Assembly: GCA_038245115.1 (NCBI GenBank)
Contig: JBBRSS010000003.1
Span: 3,298 to 67,297 of the forward strand
Reading direction: 5' to 3'
From: Candidatus Saccharimonadia bacterium
GTDB taxonomy: Bacteria > Patescibacteriota > Saccharimonadia > UBA4664
DNA: 64,000 bases
Part shown: positions 54,875 through 63,959 of the stretch, one piece after another
Layout of the letters: each line of letters opens with the position of its first letter
How positions within the stretch are numbered: position 1 is the stretch's first letter
Notes under the pieces: generated by a model
The model's database searches: none
What the model was told of the DNA's origin: nothing
The model's input: only the letters and a program-made list of their open reading frames with translations
Position numbers and translations under genes: made by a program

Positions 54875-56922
54875 ATCACGACTGGCAGCAACGCCCCATC
54901 GGCTCCATCAAGGGGGTCGGGGCTCAGATGGAGCTTAAACTTGCTCGGTTGGGTATTGCCACCGCCGGAGATTTAATTCATCATTTTCCGCGGCGCTACG
55001 ATGATTTTTCAAAAATTATTCCTATTCGACTGATGCGCCCCGGTAATGTCACTTTCCGCGGCGAAGTGGAGCGCGTGTCCAGCCGTTATGCCAGAGGCCG
55101 CAAGCTACACCTCACCGAAGCCATTATTTCTGATGGTACCGGCACCGTGAAGGCCATTTGGTTCAATCAGCCCTATTTGGCAAAATCTATTCCTACCGGC
55201 ACCCCGGTGCTGGTAAGCGGTCAAATCAAGTTTGTTAATAATGATCTTGCACTCCAATCGCCGGCAATTGAGGCGATTACGCCCGGCAAAATATCCAAGG
55301 ATACTGCTCGTATCGTGCCGGTGTACCCCGAAACCGAGGGGCTGTCGAGTAAACAGCTACGCGGTCTGGTACAAGAAATGCTGCCGTTGGCCGCAACCGT
55401 TAGCGAGACGCTGCCGGATGAAGTGCTGGCTTCGGCCAAGTTAATGCCGCTGCCCAAAGCGCTGCGCGAGATCCACTTCCCGGCTTCGCAGGCTTCGCTT
55501 ACCAAGGCTCGTCACCGACTGGCTTTTGAAGAGCTGTGGTATTTAATACTTACCAGCCTCGTCATAAAGCACGAAATAAAGACCGAAACTGCCCCCGAAG
55601 TGCCGTTTAGCGTCGATGGCGCCAAGGAGTTTGTGGGGGCACTCGATTTTGAGCTCACTCCGGCCCAAAAGCGCGCCGCCTGGGAGATATTCCAGGATAT
55701 GGGCTCGGCCAGCCCCATGAACCGCCTGCTGGAGGGCGACGTGGGCTCGGGTAAAACCGTTGTGGCCACTATGGCGGCATTTATGGCTATGCGTAGCGAT
55801 TATCAGGCCGCTCTAATGGTTCCCACGGAGATCCTCGCCCGCCAACACGCCGCCGCCCTTACGCCCCTGCTCGATCGCCTCGGCCTCGAACTGGTTGTGG
55901 TGCTCGGCAAGCAGTCCGCCGCCGAACGCGCCCTAGCGGTTGCTCGCATCAAGGCCGGCGGCCCGTTACTGGTCATCGGCACCCAGGCCTTGCTCGGCGA
56001 ATCTGTCGCCATGCCCGACCTCGGCCTGGTTATTATCGACGAACAGCACCGCTTCGGCGTGGGCCAACGTTTAGCCCTAAAGGCCAAGGCCGGCCGCTTG
56101 CCGCACCTGCTCTCGATGACCGCCACCCCCATCCCGCGCACCCTTCAGCTCACGGTCTACGGCGAACTCGATATCTCGATCATCGAGGGCCTCCCGCCCG
56201 GCCGCCAGCCCATTACCACTCGCGTGCTCGACGCCAAGGGCCGCGAGGGAGCCTATCACCTCATCAACGCGCAGATTGACGCCGGCCGGCAGGCCTTTGT
56301 GGTTTGCCCGCTCATCGACGATTCCCCCGAGCTGGCCTTTAAGAGTGTCTCGTCCGAATTCGACCGTCTCTCCCGGGGCCCCTTCAAGCACCGCCGTCTG
56401 GGCCTGCTCCACGGCCGCCTTACTACCCCGGAAAAACAAGACGTCATGGATAAATTTGCGGCCGGCGAGCTCGATATCCTCGTGGCCACCAGCGTTATTG
56501 AGGTCGGCATCGACATCCCCAACGCCACCGTCATGCTGGTCGAAGGCGCCGAACGCTTTGGTTTGGCGGCGCTCCACCAGCTACGCGGCCGCATCGGCCG
56601 CGGCGCTCACGCCTCGCACTGCTTCCTGGTAGCCGAGTCCAAAGCCCCGGGTACCCTCGAGCGCCTCAAGGCCCTCGAAAAGTCCCAGGACGGCTTCCGC
56701 CTGGCCCAAATTGACCTAGAACTTCGCGGCCCCGGCGAAATCTACGGCCGCCGCCAACACGGCGCCCTCGATGTCCAGCTGGCCGACACCACCGACGCCA
56801 AACTTCTCTCGGCGGTCCGCAATGAAGCCCTAAAATTCCTCACTGACCCCGCAGCTATGGTAAAATACCCTCAAGTGGCGGCCAAAGTGAACGCCCTCAA
56901 AGCCGTAACCTCACTGGATTAG
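54871..56922 (+). CDS. recG: ATP-dependent DNA helicase RecG
   Basis: Wedge domain, SF2 helicase motifs (GDVGSGKT, DEQHRFGV), 683 aa; ATGA overlap with tyrS. Confidence 0.9.
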   Translation: MNHDWQQRPIGSIKGVGAQMELKLARLGIATAGDLIHHFPRRYDDFSKIIPIRLMRPGNVTFRGEVERVSSRYARGRKLHLTEAIISDGTGTVKAIWFNQPYLAKSIPTGTPVLVSGQIKFVNNDLALQSPAIEAITPGKISKDTARIVPVYPETEGLSSKQLRGLVQEMLPLAATVSETLPDEVLASAKLMPLPKALREIHFPASQASLTKARHRLAFEELWYLILTSLVIKHEIKTETAPEVPFSVDGAKEFVGALDFELTPAQKRAAWEIFQDMGSASPMNRLLEGDVGSGKTVVATMAAFMAMRSDYQAALMVPTEILARQHAAALTPLLDRLGLELVVVLGKQSAAERALAVARIKAGGPLLVIGTQALLGESVAMPDLGLVIIDEQHRFGVGQRLALKAKAGRLPHLLSMTATPIPRTLQLTVYGELDISIIEGLPPGRQPITTRVLDAKGREGAYHLINAQIDAGRQAFVVCPLIDDSPELAFKSVSSEFDRLSRGPFKHRRLGLLHGRLTTPEKQDVMDKFAAGELDILVATSVIEVGIDIPNATVMLVEGAERFGLAALHQLRGRIGRGAHASHCFLVAESKAPGTLERLKALEKSQDGFRLAQIDLELRGPGEIYGRRQHGALDVQLADTTDAKLLSAVRNEALKFLTDPAAMVKYPQVAAKVNALKAVTSLD

Positions 56923-56929
56923 AGTCAAC

Positions 56930-57781
56930 ATGTACGCAGGATTTGTAACCCCCAAGCGGGTGATTAAGAAAACTGGCATCCACCAGCGATTAGATGTGGC
57001 CGCCTACAAAATGATTGCGCATTATTTGCCGGATGAAGCGTTTCCGAACATTAAGGACATTTTGAGTTTTGAGGGATACAACGGACCCGACGGGCTTAAA
57101 TCAAAGATTGGACTCCATCCCAAAGGTAGTCGTCCGGATGACAACGACACCCATAACCCCAGTCACCTCTACGACCCGGTTACCGATACCGGTGAGGTTC
57201 CGATGCATATCCAAAACCATTACAACGGCCTCGTGAAGTGTCTAATTGAGGCCGATATGGTTCGGGCGTCATTTGAAGCCGCCTGGGTAGCTCACTACAT
57301 CGGTGACGGCCTCACTCCGGCTCATCATTACCCCCTCGAAGATAAGATCGCCGAAGCTGCTTCCAAGGCCAGTAAAGATCTCACGGACGGTCGGTTTGTT
57401 AAATTTTCTGGCCAGATCAAGAAAAACTGGGACATCTGGGGTGCTAAAGGTCATATGAGTACCCATCAAAACTTTGAAATGGGTATCGCCTTTGCGTTAC
57501 TGATATTCCCAATTAGGGCTCAATTTACTGACATTGAGCTCGGTCGGGCTCGTAGCATTGGGCCTGTGGAATACTTCAAGAATGAGGCGCGCGAAGTCGC
57601 CGACCTCGATCTCTACCAGAGATTTTATAAAGAGGGGTGGAATAGCGATATCGCTACTATCATCAAAAAAGTGTTAGCTCCGCAGGCGGCCCGCACCATC
57701 GGTATTATTTGGCTATTAGCTTTGCTTGAGGCCGGTGAACGCTTAGCTACCGAGCCGACCGCCACGCCAACAACCGTATGA
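56930..57781 (+). CDS. Zinc-dependent phospholipase C / S1-P1 nuclease-superfamily-like protein
   Basis: PSHLYDPVTDTG and AHYIGDGLTPAHH resemble the PLC motifs HFYDPD and HYLGDxxQPMH. Confidence 0.45.
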   Translation: MYAGFVTPKRVIKKTGIHQRLDVAAYKMIAHYLPDEAFPNIKDILSFEGYNGPDGLKSKIGLHPKGSRPDDNDTHNPSHLYDPVTDTGEVPMHIQNHYNGLVKCLIEADMVRASFEAAWVAHYIGDGLTPAHHYPLEDKIAEAASKASKDLTDGRFVKFSGQIKKNWDIWGAKGHMSTHQNFEMGIAFALLIFPIRAQFTDIELGRARSIGPVEYFKNEAREVADLDLYQRFYKEGWNSDIATIIKKVLAPQAARTIGIIWLLALLEAGERLATEPTATPTTV

Positions 57782-58320
57782 GGATAATCGCCGGGGATCT
57801 GGGCGGCCGCCCTTTCGAGCAGCCCAAAACCCGCAGTGTGCGGCCGATGTCCGATAAGGTCCGGGCGGCCTTATTTGACGTCGTCGGCCCCATCTCCGGA
57901 CTGGCCGTGCTCGACGCCTACGCCGGCTCCGGTGCCGCCGGTTTTGAGGCCGCCAGTCGCGGCGCTATCCTCGTCGACGCCATCGAAAACAACCCCCGCG
58001 TCGCCAAAACCATCCAACAAAACGCCCGCCTGCTGGGCCTCGATTGGGGCTACGTGCTCTACCAAATTAGTGTCGAAACCTGGCTCGCCTCGCCGCACCA
58101 GCAAGATAACCGCTCGCGCTACGGCCTCATCATCGCCGACCCGCCCTACGCCCACCTCGAACCCGACATTATCGAGCGTCTGGCCGATTTCCTGACCCCC
58201 GGCGGTGTTTTGGCCCTGTCTCACAGTAGCAAGACGGCGCCACCAGTGTTAAAATCAATCGAGCTTGCGGTCGCCAAGACCTACGGCGATACCGCTCTGA
58301 GCTTCTACAAAAGAGCATAA
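57778..58320 (+). CDS. rsmD: 16S rRNA (guanine966-N2)-methyltransferase RsmD
   Basis: DAYAGSGAAGFEA SAM motif and IADPPY catalytic motif; ATGA overlap with the upstream gene. Confidence 0.8.
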   Translation: MRIIAGDLGGRPFEQPKTRSVRPMSDKVRAALFDVVGPISGLAVLDAYAGSGAAGFEAASRGAILVDAIENNPRVAKTIQQNARLLGLDWGYVLYQISVETWLASPHQQDNRSRYGLIIADPPYAHLEPDIIERLADFLTPGGVLALSHSSKTAPPVLKSIELAVAKTYGDTALSFYKRA

Positions 58321-58330
58321 ATACACCCAT

Positions 58331-58416
58331 GCGGATGTGGTGGAATGGTAGACACGCTAGCCTTAGGAGCTAGTGGGGGCAACCCCGTGAAGGTTCAAGT
58401 CCTTTCATCCGCACCA
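58331..58416 (+). tRNA. tRNA-Leu (TAG), type II
   Basis: Acceptor GCGGATG/CATCCGC, anticodon stem CTAGC/GCTAG with loop cuTAGga, long variable arm, T-arm GGTTCAAGTCC, ACCA; 86 nt. Confidence 0.85.
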
Positions 58417-59954
58417 GGCATTATTTCGCCCGCTTTTATTAGGCTGGCAAACGGTTCGTTCCAGACATAATCCACTACTTTTGCGTTATCTACACGAAGG
58501 TTCAAAAACAAAATCCGGCAGAGAGTATCCTTTTCGACGGCAGAACCGGCTTTCATCCTTTCCGAAGCCATTTTAACGACGTTCAAGAATTCGTCGCGGC
58601 CCAGCTTGATTTGTCGCGGGTTGGCAATCTTTTTCTCCATCTCTAGTACTTGCGCCTCGAGGTCCCCTCGACGAACGGCTAGGTCGTTAATGAAGTCGTT
58701 GTTGACCGTGAAGGCGGTTGTGTCCCTATCCATGCGGCCGAGGTTGCGGCTGCGCTCATTAATGTCACGGGTCATGCTTGTAATGGCGGCCCGTCGGCTG
58801 ATTATCTCGGTCCTCATCTCAGCCACCTTCTCATCGGTGAAGCTGTCGATTTGGGCACTGTACACGTCGTATACGGTGTCCGAGAGCCGCATGCCGTCAA
58901 GAACGCCATATATGGAATTGAAGACATTACGCGCCCGTAGGGAGCGTGGAGTGCGGGTACACAACTTATTGTCGCAGCGATAGGATAAAACGTAGGTACC
59001 GCCTCCGGTCCTGTTCTTACCGACGAGCATGTATTTACGGTCGTTGCATACTGCACAGAACACTAAACCACGGAGGGGGTAAAACGCCGAGCGCTTCGTG
59101 GGGGAGGTGTCTTTTTTCCGACCATAGCCAATGACGCTGACATTTTCGTAGGTCTCCTCTGTAATTATAGGGACAAAGTTGTATATTTCGCGCAGGTCCA
59201 CAGCATGCCCGGCCTGGGCCAACTTTCCGTAATAAAAGGGGTCCTTGAACATAACGGCCAGGCTGTTCTTCGTTGGCCGGATTGCGCGGCGGTAGCGACC
59301 TTTAGTCGTCCGCTGGTACCCGGAGTCCTCTAGAAACTTTGCGATGGCAGCAAGTGTTTCGCCGGCTTCGCGTTTTACCCACGCCTGCTGGATTAATTTG
59401 AAATTGTTGTTTTGCGTGTAGAGGCCGGTCATCTCATCGCGGTCATACCCCCATTTCGGTGAGCCGGATGATTTTCCCTCACGGAAGTTACCATCTACCC
59501 CTCGTGAAACCTTGTCAGATAAATCGTCGGAGAAGTGTTTCGATAACACGAACAAGAAGCCGAGCAGCAGCTTCCCGTTGGCATCATTTGTGAACTGGTG
59601 ACTATGTAGGCGTATATCCTGTAGGACATTAGTATCGAGCAGGCTCATGATGACCCCGCTCTCCTGCGCATTGCGACTCAACCGGTCCGGATGCCAGCAC
59701 AAGATGGCATCATACTTACCTGCTTTTATCTCCGCCACCATTTTGTCGAAGCCTGGCCGCTGGTCGGCAAACTTAGCCGACTTGGTCTCTCGTATCTCGG
59801 CCACGATACGCAGACCAAGGCGCTCGGCTAAATCGCGACATTCACGTACCTGGTCCGGGATAGAGCGGATTTGGCGTTTTTCATCCTCGGTGGACTTTCT
59901 AGCATAAAGTACGTACCGAAGTTTAGTTAGGTCAGTCGGTTCTTGGCTTAGCAT
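58395..59954 (-). CDS. Large serine recombinase (resolvase N-domain, recombinase domain, zinc ribbon)
   Basis: YVLYARKSTEDE catalytic Ser motif, recombinase domain, Cys-rich ribbon (CAVCNDRKY...YRCDNKLC); the 3' end overlaps the tRNA-Leu 3' end by 22 nt. Confidence 0.85.
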   Translation of the reverse strand: MLSQEPTDLTKLRYVLYARKSTEDEKRQIRSIPDQVRECRDLAERLGLRIVAEIRETKSAKFADQRPGFDKMVAEIKAGKYDAILCWHPDRLSRNAQESGVIMSLLDTNVLQDIRLHSHQFTNDANGKLLLGFLFVLSKHFSDDLSDKVSRGVDGNFREGKSSGSPKWGYDRDEMTGLYTQNNNFKLIQQAWVKREAGETLAAIAKFLEDSGYQRTTKGRYRRAIRPTKNSLAVMFKDPFYYGKLAQAGHAVDLREIYNFVPIITEETYENVSVIGYGRKKDTSPTKRSAFYPLRGLVFCAVCNDRKYMLVGKNRTGGGTYVLSYRCDNKLCTRTPRSLRARNVFNSIYGVLDGMRLSDTVYDVYSAQIDSFTDEKVAEMRTEIISRRAAITSMTRDINERSRNLGRMDRDTTAFTVNNDFINDLAVRRGDLEAQVLEMEKKIANPRQIKLGRDEFLNVVKMASERMKAGSAVEKDTLCRILFLNLRVDNAKVVDYVWNEPFASLIKAGEIMPGADERT

Positions 59955-60430
59955 TGAGACATTCTACACCATACCTACAATTTTATGCGCCCGCCGCTGT
60001 TATCGGTGATGGATGTTTCATTTAGACGGGTCTCGGTAGGGGAGGGCTTTATTGCCGAAATTGCTTCTACGAGTTCATATAACCGACGATTTACCGCATC
60101 GGGCCGACCGCGCACATATTCATCCTGCTTTTGCCTACGCTTGGCCTGCATGTGCCCCAGCTCCCCGCATGCGCCGCCTTATTGCGGCGCGTTAATCATT
60201 CCGATGCGGTAAACAAAAAAGCCAATCAAAAAATACCAGTAGGGGCTGACATTATCGGAGTGGCCTTAACGCGGGCCATGAGACCTATCGCGCGATAGGC
60301 TCCCAGATGCTGAGCAGATTACAGATATTCATTAATTGACCTTGACGCTTTCCCGGAATGGGCGGGTCGAATTGCTTGGAACGTTTCAAGCAGTCAATGA
60401 GTATGATGGATTTTCAAGCTTACGGATTAA

Positions 60431-60799
60431 TTATATTTCGCTGGGCTTATCTGTCAAACCCTCGGAACTTTTCCCAGCATAGATAGGCGATGGAAGCGGT
60501 CCATAGTCGGTGGTTAAGTCGAGTTTGGTTCCATAGCCATATTTTGCGAGGAGGTCGATAGCCTTAAGGTCTCCCTCCAGTGCGCGCACAATCAGTGTCG
60601 CAACGATTGCCCGTATCGGCGCGCCCTTAAAACGGCTCCCGTCGTTGAATGTCAGCTTAAATCCGTCGTCTGCCAGCATTTCCTGTATCCACGTACTTAA
60701 ATGCTTTGTACCGCGCGGCTTGCCGGAAGGGTTACCAGACACGCCGGACTTCCATTGCGACTTTACGAGATGTGATGTTTTGGGAGTTAGGTTCGCCAT
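60431..60799 (-). CDS. DUF5681-like protein (phage/plasmid-associated)
   Basis: SGNPSGKPRGTKH resembles the DUF5681 GNPAGRPKG motif. Confidence 0.35.
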   Translation of the reverse strand: MANLTPKTSHLVKSQWKSGVSGNPSGKPRGTKHLSTWIQEMLADDGFKLTFNDGSRFKGAPIRAIVATLIVRALEGDLKAIDLLAKYGYGTKLDLTTDYGPLPSPIYAGKSSEGLTDKPSEI

Positions 60800-60825
60800 T
60801 GCCTGATTTATGCCTGTTATGGCTA

Positions 60826-61263
60826 TTATACCCGGCCAGGTATTCCGCGAAGGTAAGTGCTGGCTTCCAGGTAGCGGCGGTGGCGCGCTTTGTCCTTCTC
60901 CGTCGGGTTGGATAGGCGGCCGAGGTTCATGTTGTCGGCAAGGTCGGCTAGCTTAATGCGCGTCGCCTGGGCGTTCGTGCCGATGTTGTGTACGTAATCC
61001 ATGTAGGGGACTGCTTTAGCGTGCGTAAGGAGGGCCAAGACCTGAGCGCCGGTTTCTGATAAGCCCTCGGCTTGGAGGTCGGCCAGTGTAAAGGCCGTAT
61101 CCTCAACAATGTCGTGCAGAAGGGCGATTATACGGTCATCGGGGTCGGTGAGGCTCAGTGCGACTCTCAGCGGGTGTAGGATGTATGGCTGACCGCCTTT
61201 GTCCACCTGGCCGCGATGGGCTTGGGCGGCGATGGTTAGCCCGCGTTCAAAGTCTAGCGTCAT
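60826..61263 (-). CDS. Small alarmone hydrolase (RelA/SpoT-type HD domain, (p)ppGpp pyrophosphohydrolase-like)
   Basis: AHRGQVDKGGQPYILHPLRVA...LLHDIVEDT matches the SpoT/Mesh1 HD N-terminal signature; 145 aa single domain. Confidence 0.6.
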   Translation of the reverse strand: MTLDFERGLTIAAQAHRGQVDKGGQPYILHPLRVALSLTDPDDRIIALLHDIVEDTAFTLADLQAEGLSETGAQVLALLTHAKAVPYMDYVHNIGTNAQATRIKLADLADNMNLGRLSNPTEKDKARHRRYLEASTYLRGIPGRV

Positions 61264-61667
61264 TCTTTCGCCTCACGGGCGACGACTTCGGCCCTGGACT
61301 TGGCGTAGTCCCATGCTGAAAACTCCACAATGCCGCCGTTTGGAGTCTCATCAATGATAAATGGGTCTTCGCCGTACTGAGTGTATGAGGCGTATAGCTG
61401 CTCTGCCGTTATGCCAGCAGCAAATGGACCTGTGAATGAGCGGTCTACAATTTCCTGGCAAACACGGACAGCCTCAGCGTATGAGTCATACGTGCCCTTT
61501 TTGTACCGCTCACTCTCATCCATGAAGTGGTAATTATCATCAACTTCAACTGTGTACTGACCGGCCCCGGCGCTGGTCTTCGGTTTTGGCAAAGCCGCCG
61601 CCAATATTTTGCTTATCTGGCTCGGCGTTTTGCCTTTAGTTGAGATGAGGGCGATTAGTCGTTTCAT
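61260..61667 (-). CDS. Hypothetical protein
   Basis: ATGA overlap with the downstream SAH gene; 135 aa. Confidence 0.35.
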   Translation of the reverse strand: MKRLIALISTKGKTPSQISKILAAALPKPKTSAGAGQYTVEVDDNYHFMDESERYKKGTYDSYAEAVRVCQEIVDRSFTGPFAAGITAEQLYASYTQYGEDPFIIDETPNGGIVEFSAWDYAKSRAEVVAREAKE

Positions 61668-61812
61668 TGTATATATCTCCTTCCGGTGAGCACGAAAATG
61701 CGGCTCACTTCAAATTAATGAAGTAGCCGCAATGGACGCCGTAATTGGCCGCTGTCCTACATTCATACTATAGCATGAATAGCGAAGTACTGCAAATTAC
61801 TGACAGGGCATC

Positions 61813-62160
61813 TTACCAAAGGTTAAGTAGATTTACTGCGACAATGGCCATAACAATCGGGAAAAGAAAATCTATTATCGAAGTGACGGTGAATAGACTT
61901 AAAACCAAAACGTTATTTGTATCTGGAACGCGCTTATATTTTTGGATGCGTACCCAAAAAAGGGGTATAGAAAGTATCGAAATGACAAATACCCCAGGCA
62001 AGATTAGTAGGAAGATGTCGAGCATAGGGTGGTTATGGGCGATAAAGCTCCAGATTATCCCGGCAATCAACCACCATCCGATAGTGTTTTTGGCATAGCG
62101 ACTTGCAGACTCGTTAAACCAATCCCGGTGGATACCCATAATTATGTCTGGTTGTGACAT
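61813..62160 (-). CDS. Small membrane protein
   Basis: 3 hydrophobic helices, 115 aa. Confidence 0.35.
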   Translation of the reverse strand: MSQPDIIMGIHRDWFNESASRYAKNTIGWWLIAGIIWSFIAHNHPMLDIFLLILPGVFVISILSIPLFWVRIQKYKRVPDTNNVLVLSLFTVTSIIDFLFPIVMAIVAVNLLNLW

Positions 62161-62263
62161 TGAAAAAGCCTAAACGTAATTTCGCTAAACATAGCCTAAA
62201 TAAGTTCATAATGCAAACATTTGTTAGTGTTGCTTACAAAAGGCGACAAATACGCTTAGTTTT

Positions 62264-62491
62264 ATGGATGCTAGGCGAGAAAACAAAATACTTGATGAAG
62301 TTGGAAGTCGCCTGGCTTTGGCCCGTAAAGACAAGCAAATGTCCCAAGAGGAACTTGCGGCTAAAACGGGCCTAGATAGAGTAGCCATTGGATACATTGA
62401 GCAAGGTAGGCGGCGGCCGACGTTAACTACCATCATCCGACTCAGTCGCGGTCTCGGCGTCAGCCTGGAAAAGCTATTTACCGGGCTGTAG
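62264..62491 (+). CDS. XRE-family HTH regulator
   Basis: MSQEELAAKTGLDRVAIGYIEQGRRRPTLTTIIRLSRGL HTH_3 motif. Confidence 0.7.
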   Translation: MDARRENKILDEVGSRLALARKDKQMSQEELAAKTGLDRVAIGYIEQGRRRPTLTTIIRLSRGLGVSLEKLFTGL

Positions 62492-63160
62492 CTATTCGCT
62501 GTTGAGCGGGAAAGTGAGTCCTTGGTGATTATTCTTAACGTTACCCACATCACGGTGTACCTCGTGACGCTTCATCGGCTGGTCGTACGGGTCTAAGAGG
62601 AGCTGCAGTTCGCCCGGTTCGGTTTTCGGGTCTAGCCAGTGTGCCTCTTCATCGCGGTCTAATATAACTGGCATACGGTCATGTATGTCCTCAAGGGTGG
62701 AGTTCGGCTTAGTTGTTATTATGGTATAGCTCTTATGGGCCACACCGGCACTGTCGTACCACACGTCGTAAAGCCCGGCGAAGCTGAATAGCGCGCGGTT
62801 TTGAAGCTGAAAGTAGTAAGGCTGTTTGAATGTTTCCCGCTTTTGCCACTCATAAAAACCGGATGCAGGTATCAACGCCCGACGCTTTTTATATGGACCT
62901 CGGTAAAGTGGCTTTTCAGCTAATGTCTCAGCCCTGGCGTTGATACTGGTAAATGCGGGCTTGAACTCCTTCGACCACGATGGCACCAACCCCCACGTCA
63001 TAAGCTCTACCCCCTCAGCTGTGGCCACCGGCATACTTTGCGTAGGGGCGACATTATAATTGGCTTTCATGTCACGCTCAAACTTCTCGTCCATTTCAAG
63101 CTGCGAGTAGTAGTCCATGAGGACTTTGCCATTTACGACGATGCTGTATCTTCCGCACAT
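62492..63160 (-). CDS. SOS-response-associated peptidase (SRAP/YedK, DUF159)
   Basis: N-terminal MCGRY with catalytic Cys2; 222 aa. Confidence 0.8.
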   Translation of the reverse strand: MCGRYSIVVNGKVLMDYYSQLEMDEKFERDMKANYNVAPTQSMPVATAEGVELMTWGLVPSWSKEFKPAFTSINARAETLAEKPLYRGPYKKRRALIPASGFYEWQKRETFKQPYYFQLQNRALFSFAGLYDVWYDSAGVAHKSYTIITTKPNSTLEDIHDRMPVILDRDEEAHWLDPKTEPGELQLLLDPYDQPMKRHEVHRDVGNVKNNHQGLTFPLNSE

Positions 63161-63164
63161 GTGT

Positions 63165-63389
63165 TTAGGGTATCACGCGGAGCAGGTGGTCTAGCGAAAC
63201 TTTCAATTTCTGAGCAATAGCGCAGGCCAGGTAGAGCTGGAGGTTGGTATTGCTGCCGCGCTCTATGGCCATTATTTCATCCGCAGATATGCCAAGATGC
63301 CTGCCCAGCCCGGCCGGAGTCCACTTTTGCTCGATACGTAGGGACTTCATATTTTTGCCAAACCGCACAAGGTCCTGGCTGTAGGCCAT
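63165..63389 (-). CDS. XRE-family HTH regulator
   Basis: HTH_3-like (TPAGLGRHLGISADEIMAIERG). Confidence 0.6.
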   Translation of the reverse strand: MAYSQDLVRFGKNMKSLRIEQKWTPAGLGRHLGISADEIMAIERGSNTNLQLYLACAIAQKLKVSLDHLLRVIP

Positions 63390-63595
63390 TAAAGCAGTTC
63401 CAGGATATTCATATCGAGTGCGTCGGCTATTCGTTGTGCTTCAAAGACCGTGGCGACCCGCGTACCGCGTTCAATGGCTAGAAGGTAGTCGACACTCATC
63501 CCGACTTCCGACGCAAGCTGTGATGGCTCGCGGTGCGCAAGCTGGCGATAGTGCTGGATATGCAGCCCGAAGCTCTCTTTTGACAGTTGTCTCAT
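63389..63595 (-). CDS. XRE-family HTH regulator
   Basis: HTH_3-like (SQLASEVGMSVDYLLAIERG); overlaps the previous gene by 1 nt. Confidence 0.6.
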   Translation of the reverse strand: MRQLSKESFGLHIQHYRQLAHREPSQLASEVGMSVDYLLAIERGTRVATVFEAQRIADALDMNILELL

Positions 63596-63665
63596 AGATT
63601 ATCCCCCTGATTATGTAGAAGATAATACATCAAAACCGAACAATAACCATACACAATTAAGGAGA

Positions 63666-63959
63666 CTACGTAGTTGTTGAGTATGTACGCTGAAAAGTGT
63701 TTTCGACGAGGCGGACTTTTTGGTCAGTCCGATATCTCCACAGCGAGTCCGACTCTGGTACGCGCTCGACCATTTCAGAGTCGAGGCGTAGTGAGACAAC
63801 GTCAGTGATGCCGTCGGCAGAGGGCTTACTCGCAACTACGGCAAGGAAGCTTGAGGCCCCGGGGTTACGGTTCTTTGGGTCAGCGGCAGTATCAATGAGC
63901 TTTTGTACGGGTATCGCTTCATACCAGGAAAATTGGACGCGCTTTCCGGGCTCGAGCAT
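63666..63959 (-). CDS. Hypothetical protein
   Basis: 97-aa ORF with coding-like composition inside the island. Confidence 0.3.
   Translation of the reverse strand: MLEPGKRVQFSWYEAIPVQKLIDTAADPKNRNPGASSFLAVVASKPSADGITDVVSLRLDSEMVERVPESDSLWRYRTDQKVRLVENTFQRTYSTTT

Noticed and set aside
59985-60212. 75-aa ORF in the noncoding stretch next to the recombinase
   Set aside because: No RBS, implausible composition; the region is better explained by inverted-repeat regulatory or recombination sites
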